Shown in pieces: positions 1 to 8,240 of a stretch of DNA of 64,000 nt (within the stretch, counting starts at the first letter, position 1; the number at the start of each line of letters is the position of its first letter). The DNA lies in contig CALFOT010000036.1 in the NCBI GenBank assembly GCA_937919925.1, forward strand, positions 61,504 through 125,503, given 5' to 3'. The DNA is from an uncultured bacterium (lineage in GTDB: Bacteria > Planctomycetota > UBA1135). The translations under genes were made by a program, and so were the position numbers. The notes beneath the pieces were generated by a model that was not told the origin of the DNA, made no database searches, and was given only the letters and a program-made list of their open reading frames with translations.

Positions 1-300
1 ATTCTGCCCAGCATTGTAAATCCCAGTGCGGGCGAATTGCGGCAATATCCCTTCCCAGAGCGCGGCGGCTGGCCCTCCAAGATAGCGAAAAAAAAAGTTG
101 TTGAACTCCCACATCCATCGATTGGTTGGTTCTCCAAAATCCTCGGCTTGGACGAAGGAAACCTCTTCTTGAAGAAAGTAGCCAGCTCCAGGGCCTTCGT
201 ACCGAGCCCAATCCGTGCTTTTTGATTCAATCGTGGTGCAGCCGCTGACCGCAAGGAGCAGCAGGGTGAAAGCGGGTTTGGCAAAAAAGTAATGTTTCAT
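1..300 (-). CDS. mlaA: MlaA/VacJ-family outer-membrane lipoprotein; 5' part only, gene runs off the left edge
   Basis: Hand translation of the minus strand from the ATG at 300-298 gives MKHYFFAKPAFTLLLLAVSGC (signal peptide plus lipobox). It continues ...EDFGEPTNRWMWEFNNFFFRYLGGPAAALWEGILPQFARTGIYNAGQN, which fits the VacJ/MlaA signature (E-x-x-N-R-x-x-x-x-F-N ... N-x-x-x-N). It is absent from the ORF track because there is no stop in the window. Confidence 0.6.
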   Translation of the reverse strand, partial: MKHYFFAKPAFTLLLLAVSGCTTIESKSTDWARYEGPGAGYFLQEEVSFVQAEDFGEPTNRWMWEFNNFFFRYLGGPAAALWEGILPQFARTGIYNAGQN

Positions 301-384
301 GATGATTGTTTGGCCGCACGATGAATTCGTGATTGCGCGCCACTTGTGACACTTTTTCTGGCGAGTTGCCTACGGATTACACGG

Positions 385-438
385 AAAAACTAGGGGGCTA
401 GGCAACCCCCTTTGCGAATCCCTGGTTGCCTAGCCCCC
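385..438 (-). terminator. Rho-independent terminator of moaA
   Basis: Perfect 15-bp inverted repeat GGGGGCTAGGCAACC (393-407) / GGTTGCCTAGCCCCC (424-438) with a 16-nt loop. On the minus strand it is followed by TAGTTTTTCC. The stem overlaps the moaA stop codon. Confidence 0.7.
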
Positions 439-1392
439 TCGTGTGTGCATTTCCAAGCGGGTATCGGCAAGTAGATCCTCTAAATCAACTGCCGGACCAC
501 GCTGTACTTGCGCTTTACGATCTTCAGCACCACGATCGTTACGTGCACGCCACAAGTCTGCGATAGCAACGGCAAGTTGCTGATCATCATCACCATTACG
601 CAACAACTCACGCAGGTCTACACCGTGGTTGGCGTACAAACAGGAAAACCAGGTGCCGTCGGCAGCAATACGACTACGATCACATTCGCCGCAAAATGGC
701 GTGGTCGTCGAAGCAATGATGCCAAACTCAATGCCGTTGTTCAGACGATAAATACGCGCGGGCGCAGCGAGGTTGTAGGGCTTTAAGGCCTCAATCGCAC
801 CATAGTGCGTTTCGACGCGCTCCAAGATGACATCGCGCTCTAGCACCTGGCTTTCGGACCATTGCGTAGCACCACCCACATCCATGTACTCGATAAAGCG
901 TAGCTTCAAATCATTGGCCGCCGAAAACTCTAATAGATCGATGATTTCATCATCGTTTTGCCCGCGCATCATGACGGTATCAATTTTGGTGCCGCGGAAG
1001 CCGACTTCGCCAGCTATGCGAATGCCTTCCAGTACTTCGGCAAGTGCATCGCGCTGTGTGAGCTTATGGAATCGTTCGCGCTTGAGAGTATCCAGACTAA
1101 TATTCAAACGCTGCAAACCAGCGGCGTGCAAATCGGCTGCTTGAGTGGCAAGCAGAAAAGCATTGGTAGTCAGCGCAACATCTTCAAGTTCGATAATGAG
1201 ACTGAGGATCTCGGCCTTCGGCAGCCACTTGTATTCCTTTTCCGGCACGCAGTAAGTGCAGCGGAAGTTGCAACAATCTGGGACCGAAAGGCGCAAACTG
1301 CGTAACGGGCGACCATGGTAATCTACGAAAGGGTCTACGCTTCCATCGTAGAGAAATGGCAGGGTGCATGGTGGACTACCGCCGCCATGCAC
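430..1392 (-). CDS. moaA: GTP 3',8-cyclase MoaA (radical SAM) with an apparent in-frame internal deletion
   Basis: Carries the CNFRCTYC radical-SAM CX3CX2C motif, the C-terminal cluster motif FCGECDRSRIAADGTWFSC and the terminal GG. A GTG at 1392-1390 lies 15 nt after the stop of the upstream gene. The ORF stays open to 1581, but that part overlaps the neighbouring gene. The segment carrying the GGEP SAM-binding motif is missing (see findings). Confidence 0.75.
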   Translation of the reverse strand: MHGGGSPPCTLPFLYDGSVDPFVDYHGRPLRSLRLSVPDCCNFRCTYCVPEKEYKWLPKAEILSLIIELEDVALTTNAFLLATQAADLHAAGLQRLNISLDTLKRERFHKLTQRDALAEVLEGIRIAGEVGFRGTKIDTVMMRGQNDDEIIDLLEFSAANDLKLRFIEYMDVGGATQWSESQVLERDVILERVETHYGAIEALKPYNLAAPARIYRLNNGIEFGIIASTTTPFCGECDRSRIAADGTWFSCLYANHGVDLRELLRNGDDDQQLAVAIADLWRARNDRGAEDRKAQVQRGPAVDLEDLLADTRLEMHTRGG

Positions 1393-1406
1393 CCTGCCGA
1401 ACGAGA

Positions 1407-2192
1407 CTACAAAGCCGCCAAGTTGGAAGGCGTGCAAGAGCTCAAATCCAGAGCCTGCACATACAACCGGCCGCAAGCACCAGCTGGAACTTGGAACGGC
1501 AAAACCAACACACCATTCGCATCTAATGCACGCACCATCCGCAGTGTTGGATTGCTGAGGTTGAGCATAGTTCCTGCGCACGGAAAGCCACTTGGAATGA
1601 TAAAGCTACCAATTGTGGGGCTAGAAAGCAGGGCCACTTGACCAAATGGAGTGCCGTGAGCGACATCAATCGTCACATTCGGGCAAACGCCGTTAATCGC
1701 TAAAGTTGGATTTTGGGTCCATGTGTGGAAGGCGTAGTCAAACTGAGGCCAGGCCTGATAGACGGGGTTGGCAAAAACATTGCCGTCGGGATAAGGATTG
1801 TTGATGCTGCCTGCGAGGGCCATGGAGCCATTATTGGCACCAAGGACTAAATAATAAGTCGTGCCAGGAGTCACCGCGACCGGAGGCCAAAAAATTTCTA
1901 CCCAAGCACCCGCATTACCCATCGCATTACCCGAGGCAAGAATCACACCTCCGGCATTTGGCAAAGCGTCATATAGTTTGACTTCGATGTCATCGAGGCC
2001 GCCTATTCCAGGCCACATGTAAAAACCTGCGCCAGCACAATTTGCGGCGATTGGTTTAAATGACTGCGCCAAATCATCTTGCCATGTGCCGGCAATCAAA
2101 TCGCTGGCAATGGACTGGTTGACATCAATGGACTGAGCAACGAGTGGCGCGCAAGTGACGGCCAGCACCAGTAGGGAAAGGAAGCGTTTCAT
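1407..2192 (-). CDS. Secreted hypothetical protein
   Basis: 261-aa ORF with an N-terminal signal peptide, MKRFLSLLVLAVTCAPLVAQS. I recognise no family motif. Confidence 0.5.
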   Translation of the reverse strand: MKRFLSLLVLAVTCAPLVAQSIDVNQSIASDLIAGTWQDDLAQSFKPIAANCAGAGFYMWPGIGGLDDIEVKLYDALPNAGGVILASGNAMGNAGAWVEIFWPPVAVTPGTTYYLVLGANNGSMALAGSINNPYPDGNVFANPVYQAWPQFDYAFHTWTQNPTLAINGVCPNVTIDVAHGTPFGQVALLSSPTIGSFIIPSGFPCAGTMLNLSNPTLRMVRALDANGVLVLPFQVPAGACGRLYVQALDLSSCTPSNLAAL

Positions 2193-2284
2193 GGTGTTTT
2201 TGAGGGTTTTCGACCAGAGTCAAGAATCTCGTCCTATTATAACCCACAAAAACGAAACTAATATAAAATTCCGTCTGCGCCGAA

Positions 2285-2809
2285 CTAGGGGCTTGCTCCC
2301 GCACGGGCAATGTTGGACAACACTCCGGGCAGCTCTGCACGTGCTTCTTCGCAAGCACCATCCGCCGCCATGCTCCACGAACGTGCCAGCAACCGTTCTG
2401 CAACAGCAAAGCCATCCCAGTAACGGGTGTAAGTCGCGTTGCCCAATACACGCATATAATCCTCATTGCGGCTACCGACGTCAAAAAAGGAGCCTTGCAA
2501 AATGGCATCAATGCTCTTGCAAAGGCCATGTTGGTCGAGGGTATCGGCCTCAGCGAGCAGCGTGCGGACTTCTTGTTCAATGCCAGCAATCGCACCAGCC
2601 AAACCTTCTTCACTGAGGCCGTCGGCAGCTTTTTGGTGTGCTTCGGCGTGGGCCGCGCGGCGCAGCAAAATACCGCCAGCAAGGCAAAGCGCTAAGCCTA
2701 CGCCAAACATCAGCATGGCGTTGGGCTCAATAGGATCGGAGAATCCGGCGGCGCCGACGGTTGCGAGGCAGAAGCCGCCGATGAAAAATAGTTGTGCGAG
2801 GTACTTCAT
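2285..2809 (-). CDS. Hypothetical membrane-anchored protein
   Basis: The internal ATG (MKYLAQLFFIGGFCLATVGAAG...) lies 11 nt downstream of the OPT gene stop. There are two hydrophobic segments followed by a soluble domain. The longer ORF to 2938 overlaps the OPT gene. Confidence 0.45.
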   Translation of the reverse strand: MKYLAQLFFIGGFCLATVGAAGFSDPIEPNAMLMFGVGLALCLAGGILLRRAAHAEAHQKAADGLSEEGLAGAIAGIEQEVRTLLAEADTLDQHGLCKSIDAILQGSFFDVGSRNEDYMRVLGNATYTRYWDGFAVAERLLARSWSMAADGACEEARAELPGVLSNIARAGASP

Positions 2810-2820
2810 CTGTGCTTGTG

Positions 2821-4680
2821 TTACAGCGATTGCGCCACGTCTTTGATGGCGTAGATGATGTTGACGAGGGCATCCCCAACAATGAGGCCGGCCGCAACTG
2901 GTACGCCTTTGTTTTCGGTCCAATGCGCGCCCTTCCAACGGGAAAGTAGCAACGCGATGATGCCGCCGATGCCGAACACCGCCATGTATTCAAAAGGCAG
3001 ATAAAGCGACAGACCCACCATCACGCCAATGCCAGGAGAAATCAGCAGCGAGGCCAGAATGCCAATCAGGGCACCGGCGAGGTATTTACCAAGGGGTACA
3101 TCTCCGGACTGCACAATCTTGATGGCCGATTCGAGTGCTCCCGCTTGAGGTGCGCCAAGCTTGGGGACACCTTCGGGAAGCTGGTCGATGGTGCCACCGG
3201 CATTTTGATAAGCCTCCAGAGTGCTGCCTCCAGCAAGCTGTGCCCGCTCGAACAAAACGCCTGCTTGCTCGGGGCCGAAAGCATAAGCCTTCCACAATAA
3301 AACCACCGTTGCAACGGCAATGGCGGGACCAATCCAACAGGTCATGATTTGCGCAATCTGTTGCTTCGCCGGTTTGCTGCCAACCAAATAGCCGGTTTTC
3401 AAATCCGCCATCATGTCGGCGCACATCGAAGTGGCCACGCAGATTGCCGCCCCTACCGTGACAGCGGGCACGATCGAAGAACTGTCGGTGCCAAGAATTC
3501 CCATCATGATGGCAATCGCAATCAACGCGAGGCCGGACAGTGGTGACCAATCCGTGCGGCCGGTAGTTTGCGCAACCACCAGACCTGCAACCCACAACCA
3601 AATACCACCAGCAATCATGACCAGAGTTGCTTCCCCCCAACTGACACTATCCCCGCCAGCCATTTTGGTTGCGAGTAGCAGCAGTAGCAGGCCGAACGCG
3701 GAGCCAATTTTCAACACCGTCAGCGAAACTTCTTCGCTTGGTCCGCTGGCGCTACCTCCTTGCTTGAGACTCGCCAATGCTGCCTTCAAAGCCGGAGCGG
3801 CCAACAGGATACCAGCGATGGCACCACCCAAAATCATGCCGATGCCGACGTGCCGGGAGGTGAAGTGGCTGAATTTACTGAAGAAGGTTGCAGCTGCATC
3901 GCCATGGGCAAGCGAAGTCAAACTAGAAACATCGACCAACATTTCATCGGTGCTACCCAGATCGCCCGGTAACCAACCAAGCAGCAACGCGGCGGGAATC
4001 AATACCCAGTAGTTCAGGAGTGTGCCATACAGAACAACCAAGCCGCCACGCCCGGCGAGAAAACCTGCACCGATACTGAGCAGGCTGACGGCGAGGATGA
4101 GATTGAATGTGGCGGGCACGCCAAAAATTTCACCAAGGTCCACCGTTTCGCCCCACACTTTTTGCTTGACCATCACAATCGTAAAAGCAGAAACCACAAT
4201 CCCGCCAATCAACAGGCGAGATTTTTCCACACCCGCGCCCGGTGAACGCAGAATCGTGGCAACCGCCGTACCTTCGGGGAAACGCAGTCGCTCAAAATCA
4301 ATGATTTGTTTGCGCAACGGGATGATCAACATCACCCCCAGAGCGGAGCCAGCCACAGCCGCGAGTAACAAAGCGGTGTAATTGATGTCATCTTCAAAGC
4401 CGAGTAAAAACAGCACGGGCACCGTGAAAATCACCCCGGCATTCACGGTGTTCACCGAGCTCGCCACCGTCTGAAAAATATTGACCTCTAGAATCGATCC
4501 CTTGCGCAAAATACCGCGCAAAATACCGAAACCAAGTACGGCAGCCACCGTACTTCCGACAATGGTGAAGCCGATTTGGAGGCCGGCAAAGCAGATGCCC
4601 ATATTGAGCAGCGCGCCGACGAGCACCCCGCCAATTAAGGCTGCAGGCGTAAGTTCACGGTAGGCGGGTTTGGGGGCCAC
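2821..4680 (-). CDS. OPT-family oligopeptide transporter
   Basis: 619-aa polytopic membrane protein. The N-terminus, YRELTPAALIGGVLVGALLNMGICFAGLQIGFT, and the overall Gly/Ala-rich TM pattern are typical of the bacterial OPT superfamily. Confidence 0.7.
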   Translation of the reverse strand: MAPKPAYRELTPAALIGGVLVGALLNMGICFAGLQIGFTIVGSTVAAVLGFGILRGILRKGSILEVNIFQTVASSVNTVNAGVIFTVPVLFLLGFEDDINYTALLLAAVAGSALGVMLIIPLRKQIIDFERLRFPEGTAVATILRSPGAGVEKSRLLIGGIVVSAFTIVMVKQKVWGETVDLGEIFGVPATFNLILAVSLLSIGAGFLAGRGGLVVLYGTLLNYWVLIPAALLLGWLPGDLGSTDEMLVDVSSLTSLAHGDAAATFFSKFSHFTSRHVGIGMILGGAIAGILLAAPALKAALASLKQGGSASGPSEEVSLTVLKIGSAFGLLLLLLATKMAGGDSVSWGEATLVMIAGGIWLWVAGLVVAQTTGRTDWSPLSGLALIAIAIMMGILGTDSSSIVPAVTVGAAICVATSMCADMMADLKTGYLVGSKPAKQQIAQIMTCWIGPAIAVATVVLLWKAYAFGPEQAGVLFERAQLAGGSTLEAYQNAGGTIDQLPEGVPKLGAPQAGALESAIKIVQSGDVPLGKYLAGALIGILASLLISPGIGVMVGLSLYLPFEYMAVFGIGGIIALLLSRWKGAHWTENKGVPVAAGLIVGDALVNIIYAIKDVAQSL

Positions 4681-4847
4681 CCAGTTAGTCTAGTCGAGTT
4701 GATGGGGCTGTTTTGGCCTCTGGCCGGGGTTTGAAATCGCCTCGCTGCTGAATGGACTCTCAAAATCCAGATGACCCGGAAGCGTTCCACAACGCCGGAG
4801 AGTAGAATGTAGGGTTCCTCGCCTCCCAACCAACCTTAAAACATTTC

Positions 4848-6077
4848 ATGCCCCCGGAACAAGAACTGGATCGCAACCAACAAGCGATTGCCTTTGTGGC
4901 GAAAATTGGCGCTGCCTTGCATCATTACGGAACTCCGGCGAATCGTTTGGATGATGTGTTGATTGGCTTATCGAAGGAGCTGGGTTTAAAGGGTAGTTTT
5001 TTCAGTACCCCATCGGCGATTTTCTACTCCTACGATTTACCCGGTGAACGCGGTTTCGCAAGACTGCAAAGAATTTACAGCCAGGACTTGGATTTATCCA
5101 AGCTTTCGAAGTTGGACCGCTTGTTCAACCATGTGGTCGAAGGAAAAATTTCTCTGTTTGATGGCGCCGCTGAAGTTGACGGCATTATCAGTAGCCCACC
5201 TCCGTACAAAAAATGGCTGACGTTCGTGAGCTTCAGTCTGACCTCTGCGATGGCAGCAACCTATTTTCATGGTGGCCTCAAAGAAATTCTCCTCTCGGCT
5301 GCGGCAGGCTCAGTGCTGGGCGCACTTTATCTGCTCACCACCAAACTCCCTAGCCTAGTACGACTTTTTGAACCTCTCGGCGCCTTACTGGTCAGCTTGA
5401 CCACTTTATCGCTCGCGGGATTGTTTGACGCGTCTTCTGATATTGCGACACTGGCTGGAATCATCATCTTGGTGCCTGGTTTTAGCATTGCCATTGGTGC
5501 TACAGAACTCGCCTTGGGGCATGCTGTTTCTGGCGTTGCCCGGTTGGCAAACGCCATGGCAACGTTTCTCATGCTGACCATGGGGGTATTATTTGGCCAA
5601 CAAATTATCGGCATGTTAGGCGTGGAAGGCTATGCCGCCACCACCCCAACAGCCCTGCCTCCCTGGGTACAGCCTTTAGCATTAGTCGTTTCTGGAATCA
5701 CCCTCGGAATCCTGTTTAAAGCCTCTTGGAGGGATTTGCCATGGACCGTGGCCGCCGTCATGCTGCCCTTTTTAGCATTCAAGGCTGGGGTAGCCAATCT
5801 TGGTTTAGAGGGAAGTATTTTCCTCGGCGCGCTGATTGCTGGAACATTTTCAAACCTCTTCGCGCGCTGGAAAAATCGACCTTCACTGATTGTGCGCTTA
5901 CCCGGCATCTTAATCCTCGTGCCTGGCGCCACTGGATTCCTCTCCCTGGAAAGCGTGGCCAATGGCGACGTCGTGGCAGGCGTCGAGGCCATGTTCCGTG
6001 TGGGAATGACAGCAACTGCGTTGGTGACTGGTTTCCTCGTGTCCAACTTAGTCTTGCCGCCGCGCAAAGCGCTGTAG
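4848..6077 (+). CDS. ThrE-family (YjjP/YjjB-type, DUF1212+DUF3815) threonine/serine exporter-like membrane protein
   Basis: 409 aa. The N-terminal soluble part, LHHYGTPANRLDDVLIGLSKELGLKGSFFSTPSAI, is characteristic of ThrE/DUF1212. It is followed by about 10 TM helices. Confidence 0.65.
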   Translation: MPPEQELDRNQQAIAFVAKIGAALHHYGTPANRLDDVLIGLSKELGLKGSFFSTPSAIFYSYDLPGERGFARLQRIYSQDLDLSKLSKLDRLFNHVVEGKISLFDGAAEVDGIISSPPPYKKWLTFVSFSLTSAMAATYFHGGLKEILLSAAAGSVLGALYLLTTKLPSLVRLFEPLGALLVSLTTLSLAGLFDASSDIATLAGIIILVPGFSIAIGATELALGHAVSGVARLANAMATFLMLTMGVLFGQQIIGMLGVEGYAATTPTALPPWVQPLALVVSGITLGILFKASWRDLPWTVAAVMLPFLAFKAGVANLGLEGSIFLGALIAGTFSNLFARWKNRPSLIVRLPGILILVPGATGFLSLESVANGDVVAGVEAMFRVGMTATALVTGFLVSNLVLPPRKAL

Positions 6078-6106
6078 TGGTTGGCAATTCCCCTTCTTGT
6101 TGCCGC

Positions 6107-6748
6107 TTAGTAGTCGACTACGGCACCTTCCATTAAATCGGGCGGGAAGGCTTCCAGATAGTCTTCCATCGCTGCGGTGATGACACGCTGCGCATGCTCA
6201 CAACCATAAGGCTTGCCAATCTTCACGCTAGATGCCTTGCCCGGCTCCCATTTATAGGTACTGAAGTAGTGAACCAAACGCTCTACCAGAATCTTGGGCA
6301 GATCGGACAAATCACGGAGATGACCCCACTGATGATCGCAGTTCAAAATCGCGATGATTTTGTCATCGGCTTCGCCATCATCGAGCATGGGCAAGCCACC
6401 CACCACGCGCGCGTTGAGCAACGTTTCTGCGCGACCGATTGGCCGCTCACTAATCACACAGATATCAAGAGGATCCAAATCCCCTCGCGAAGCGCCTGGC
6501 ATCATGGCTTGCACGCGTTTCCCGCAATAGGTGCGTGGGATAAATCCGTACAGCGCAGGCGGCAAGGATGAGGTGCGCTGCGGCCGGTCAACGCGCAAAA
6601 AACCTGATTCCTTGTCGATTTCATACTTCACCAAATCGAAGGGCGTGATTTCGATGAAGGCGTGGACTAAAGAAGGTGCATCTTCGCCGACACTCAAACC
6701 GTGCCACGGGTGCGGCCGGAATTTATGAAACGCTTTGTGAGGAGTCAT
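6107..6748 (-). CDS. ppa: Family I inorganic pyrophosphatase
   Basis: Contains [34 protein letters not shown] and [11 protein letters not shown], the canonical PPase active-site Asp/Glu/Tyr motifs. Confidence 0.85.
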   Translation of the reverse strand: MTPHKAFHKFRPHPWHGLSVGEDAPSLVHAFIEITPFDLVKYEIDKESGFLRVDRPQRTSSLPPALYGFIPRTYCGKRVQAMMPGASRGDLDPLDICVISERPIGRAETLLNARVVGGLPMLDDGEADDKIIAILNCDHQWGHLRDLSDLPKILVERLVHYFSTYKWEPGKASSVKIGKPYGCEHAQRVITAAMEDYLEAFPPDLMEGAVVDY

Positions 6749-6779
6749 CGGCGAATTTTGACGTTATGCCACAGGCAAG

Positions 6780-8240
6780 TCAATCCTCAATACCAAAGCC
6801 CTCATCGTTAGTCGGGATATGCAGCAAAGTGTAGTAAACCACATCGTGCAGTAGCGTGGTACCAGCCAAGCTGCGCAGCCCTTCCACATGCAGCTCATGG
6901 ACATATCCTTCACGTAGGCCATCGACGCGGCAGTGCAAGTACCTGCCGTCATCAGAAAAATGAAACTCAGGGATCACTAATTCCTGCGTTTCCATTTCAT
7001 CGCTGCCGTAAGCGCTATGTAACTCATACGTGTAACTGCTCAAACGCAACTGCGGCGGGGAAGCTGCCATTGCGACTAGATCCACTGCAGTGGTGAACTG
7101 CAAAGTGAAGCCACTTGGTGTGGCGCGCATTTGCTGAATTTCAAAAGGCAATTTGCCACTCCACGAAAGTTTTTGCAAGCCGTAACCTTGGGTGCCAAGC
7201 GATGGCCAACCGCGATCGGACATACCTACCCACAAGCCACCATCGTTCGCTTGGCGCACACGAATCACGCCGGCATCCAAACCTTTACGGAATGGGTAAC
7301 AAGCGCCCTGCCACTCACCGGCAACTTTTTGTAAGGAAACACGCATCACCGAAGCCTGGTATTGGTCGCCGACGAATAACTGTCCGGCGAAAGGTCCAAA
7401 CGCACCATTGCTGGTATCCCAGGCCATGCCACTGGCGGAGCGCCCCATTTTGTCATAGGGAAACCACACCGCCGGCAACTGGAAATTAGGCAACTTCGTA
7501 TGAGCTTCCGGCATCAAAATGCCATCCGGATTGGGGCCAGGATAAGTGACATGCGAAGCTGGCAAATGTGCCGATTCGATACCAAAAGGGTGGCCATAAT
7601 AAGCTCCTTCTTTGACCAAGGAAAGTTTGTTCGCACCACACCACTCGCCTTGGTTATCGGTGTAGAACAATTCCCCCCAAGGACTTAATTCCAAACCTGC
7701 CGGAGAACGCAAGCCAGCGGCCATGGGCTCCATTGGCTCCCCAGGCTTCAAACGCAAAGCCCAACCGCGCCAATCTTTGTGGCCAAAGGTCTCCGCACCA
7801 AAAGCGCGGTTGGTGGTCACCCACAAATTGCCTTCGGCATCTGGACGCGGCCCAAAATTGTACTCGTGATAGTTGCCGCTGATGTCCCAATCATCGTTGA
7901 TCGTTTCGAAATCATCCGCGCGTCCATCGCCATTGGAATCACGCATGCGCAATAACTCGCCACGCGTAGCGCTATAAATCCACTCGCCTTGCTGCCATAA
8001 CCCAAGCGGCTCCTGCAAGCCATGCGCCCAGAGGGAAAATTGCGGTGCTTCTTCTAGCGGATTCGAAATACGCCAAACCTCACCGCGCCTAGTGCACACA
8101 AGCAAGCTGCCATCTTTTAGAGGCTGCATGCCGCCGACTTCCAGTTCCACAGACTTTGGAACTGCCACGCGCAACGCAGCGTAGTAATCGGCTTCGGTGG
8201 GCGTTTGTATGGCCAGTAAAATCAGGGTGAGTACTACCAT
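6780..8240 (-). CDS. Beta-propeller protein, sorbosone/glucose dehydrogenase-like (putative membrane-bound dehydrogenase domain)
   Basis: 486 aa. Segments such as GLQEPLGL...GELLRMRDSNGDGRADDFETI...GNLWVTTN are typical of SGL/PQQ-type propellers. These are usually paired with haem-binding PA14 proteins in PVC genomes. The gene overlaps the upstream cytochrome gene by 7 nt. Confidence 0.5.
   Translation of the reverse strand: MVVLTLILLAIQTPTEADYYAALRVAVPKSVELEVGGMQPLKDGSLLVCTRRGEVWRISNPLEEAPQFSLWAHGLQEPLGLWQQGEWIYSATRGELLRMRDSNGDGRADDFETINDDWDISGNYHEYNFGPRPDAEGNLWVTTNRAFGAETFGHKDWRGWALRLKPGEPMEPMAAGLRSPAGLELSPWGELFYTDNQGEWCGANKLSLVKEGAYYGHPFGIESAHLPASHVTYPGPNPDGILMPEAHTKLPNFQLPAVWFPYDKMGRSASGMAWDTSNGAFGPFAGQLFVGDQYQASVMRVSLQKVAGEWQGACYPFRKGLDAGVIRVRQANDGGLWVGMSDRGWPSLGTQGYGLQKLSWSGKLPFEIQQMRATPSGFTLQFTTAVDLVAMAASPPQLRLSSYTYELHSAYGSDEMETQELVIPEFHFSDDGRYLHCRVDGLREGYVHELHVEGLRSLAGTTLLHDVVYYTLLHIPTNDEGFGIED

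Noticed and set aside
37-225. 62-aa plus-strand ORF at the left edge
   Set aside because: It lies antisense to the clearly recognisable MlaA/VacJ coding frame.
1393-1581. 63-codon N-terminal extension of the moaA ORF
   Set aside because: It overlaps the 3' end of the upstream secreted-protein gene. It has no similarity to MoaA N-termini. The GTG at 1392 gives the expected distance to the CX3CX2C motif.
4681-4847. Possible riboswitch in the 167-bp divergent spacer between the OPT transporter and the ThrE-like exporter
   Set aside because: I could not recognise any conserved riboswitch core, such as glycine, lysine or SAM. It is most simply a divergent promoter region.
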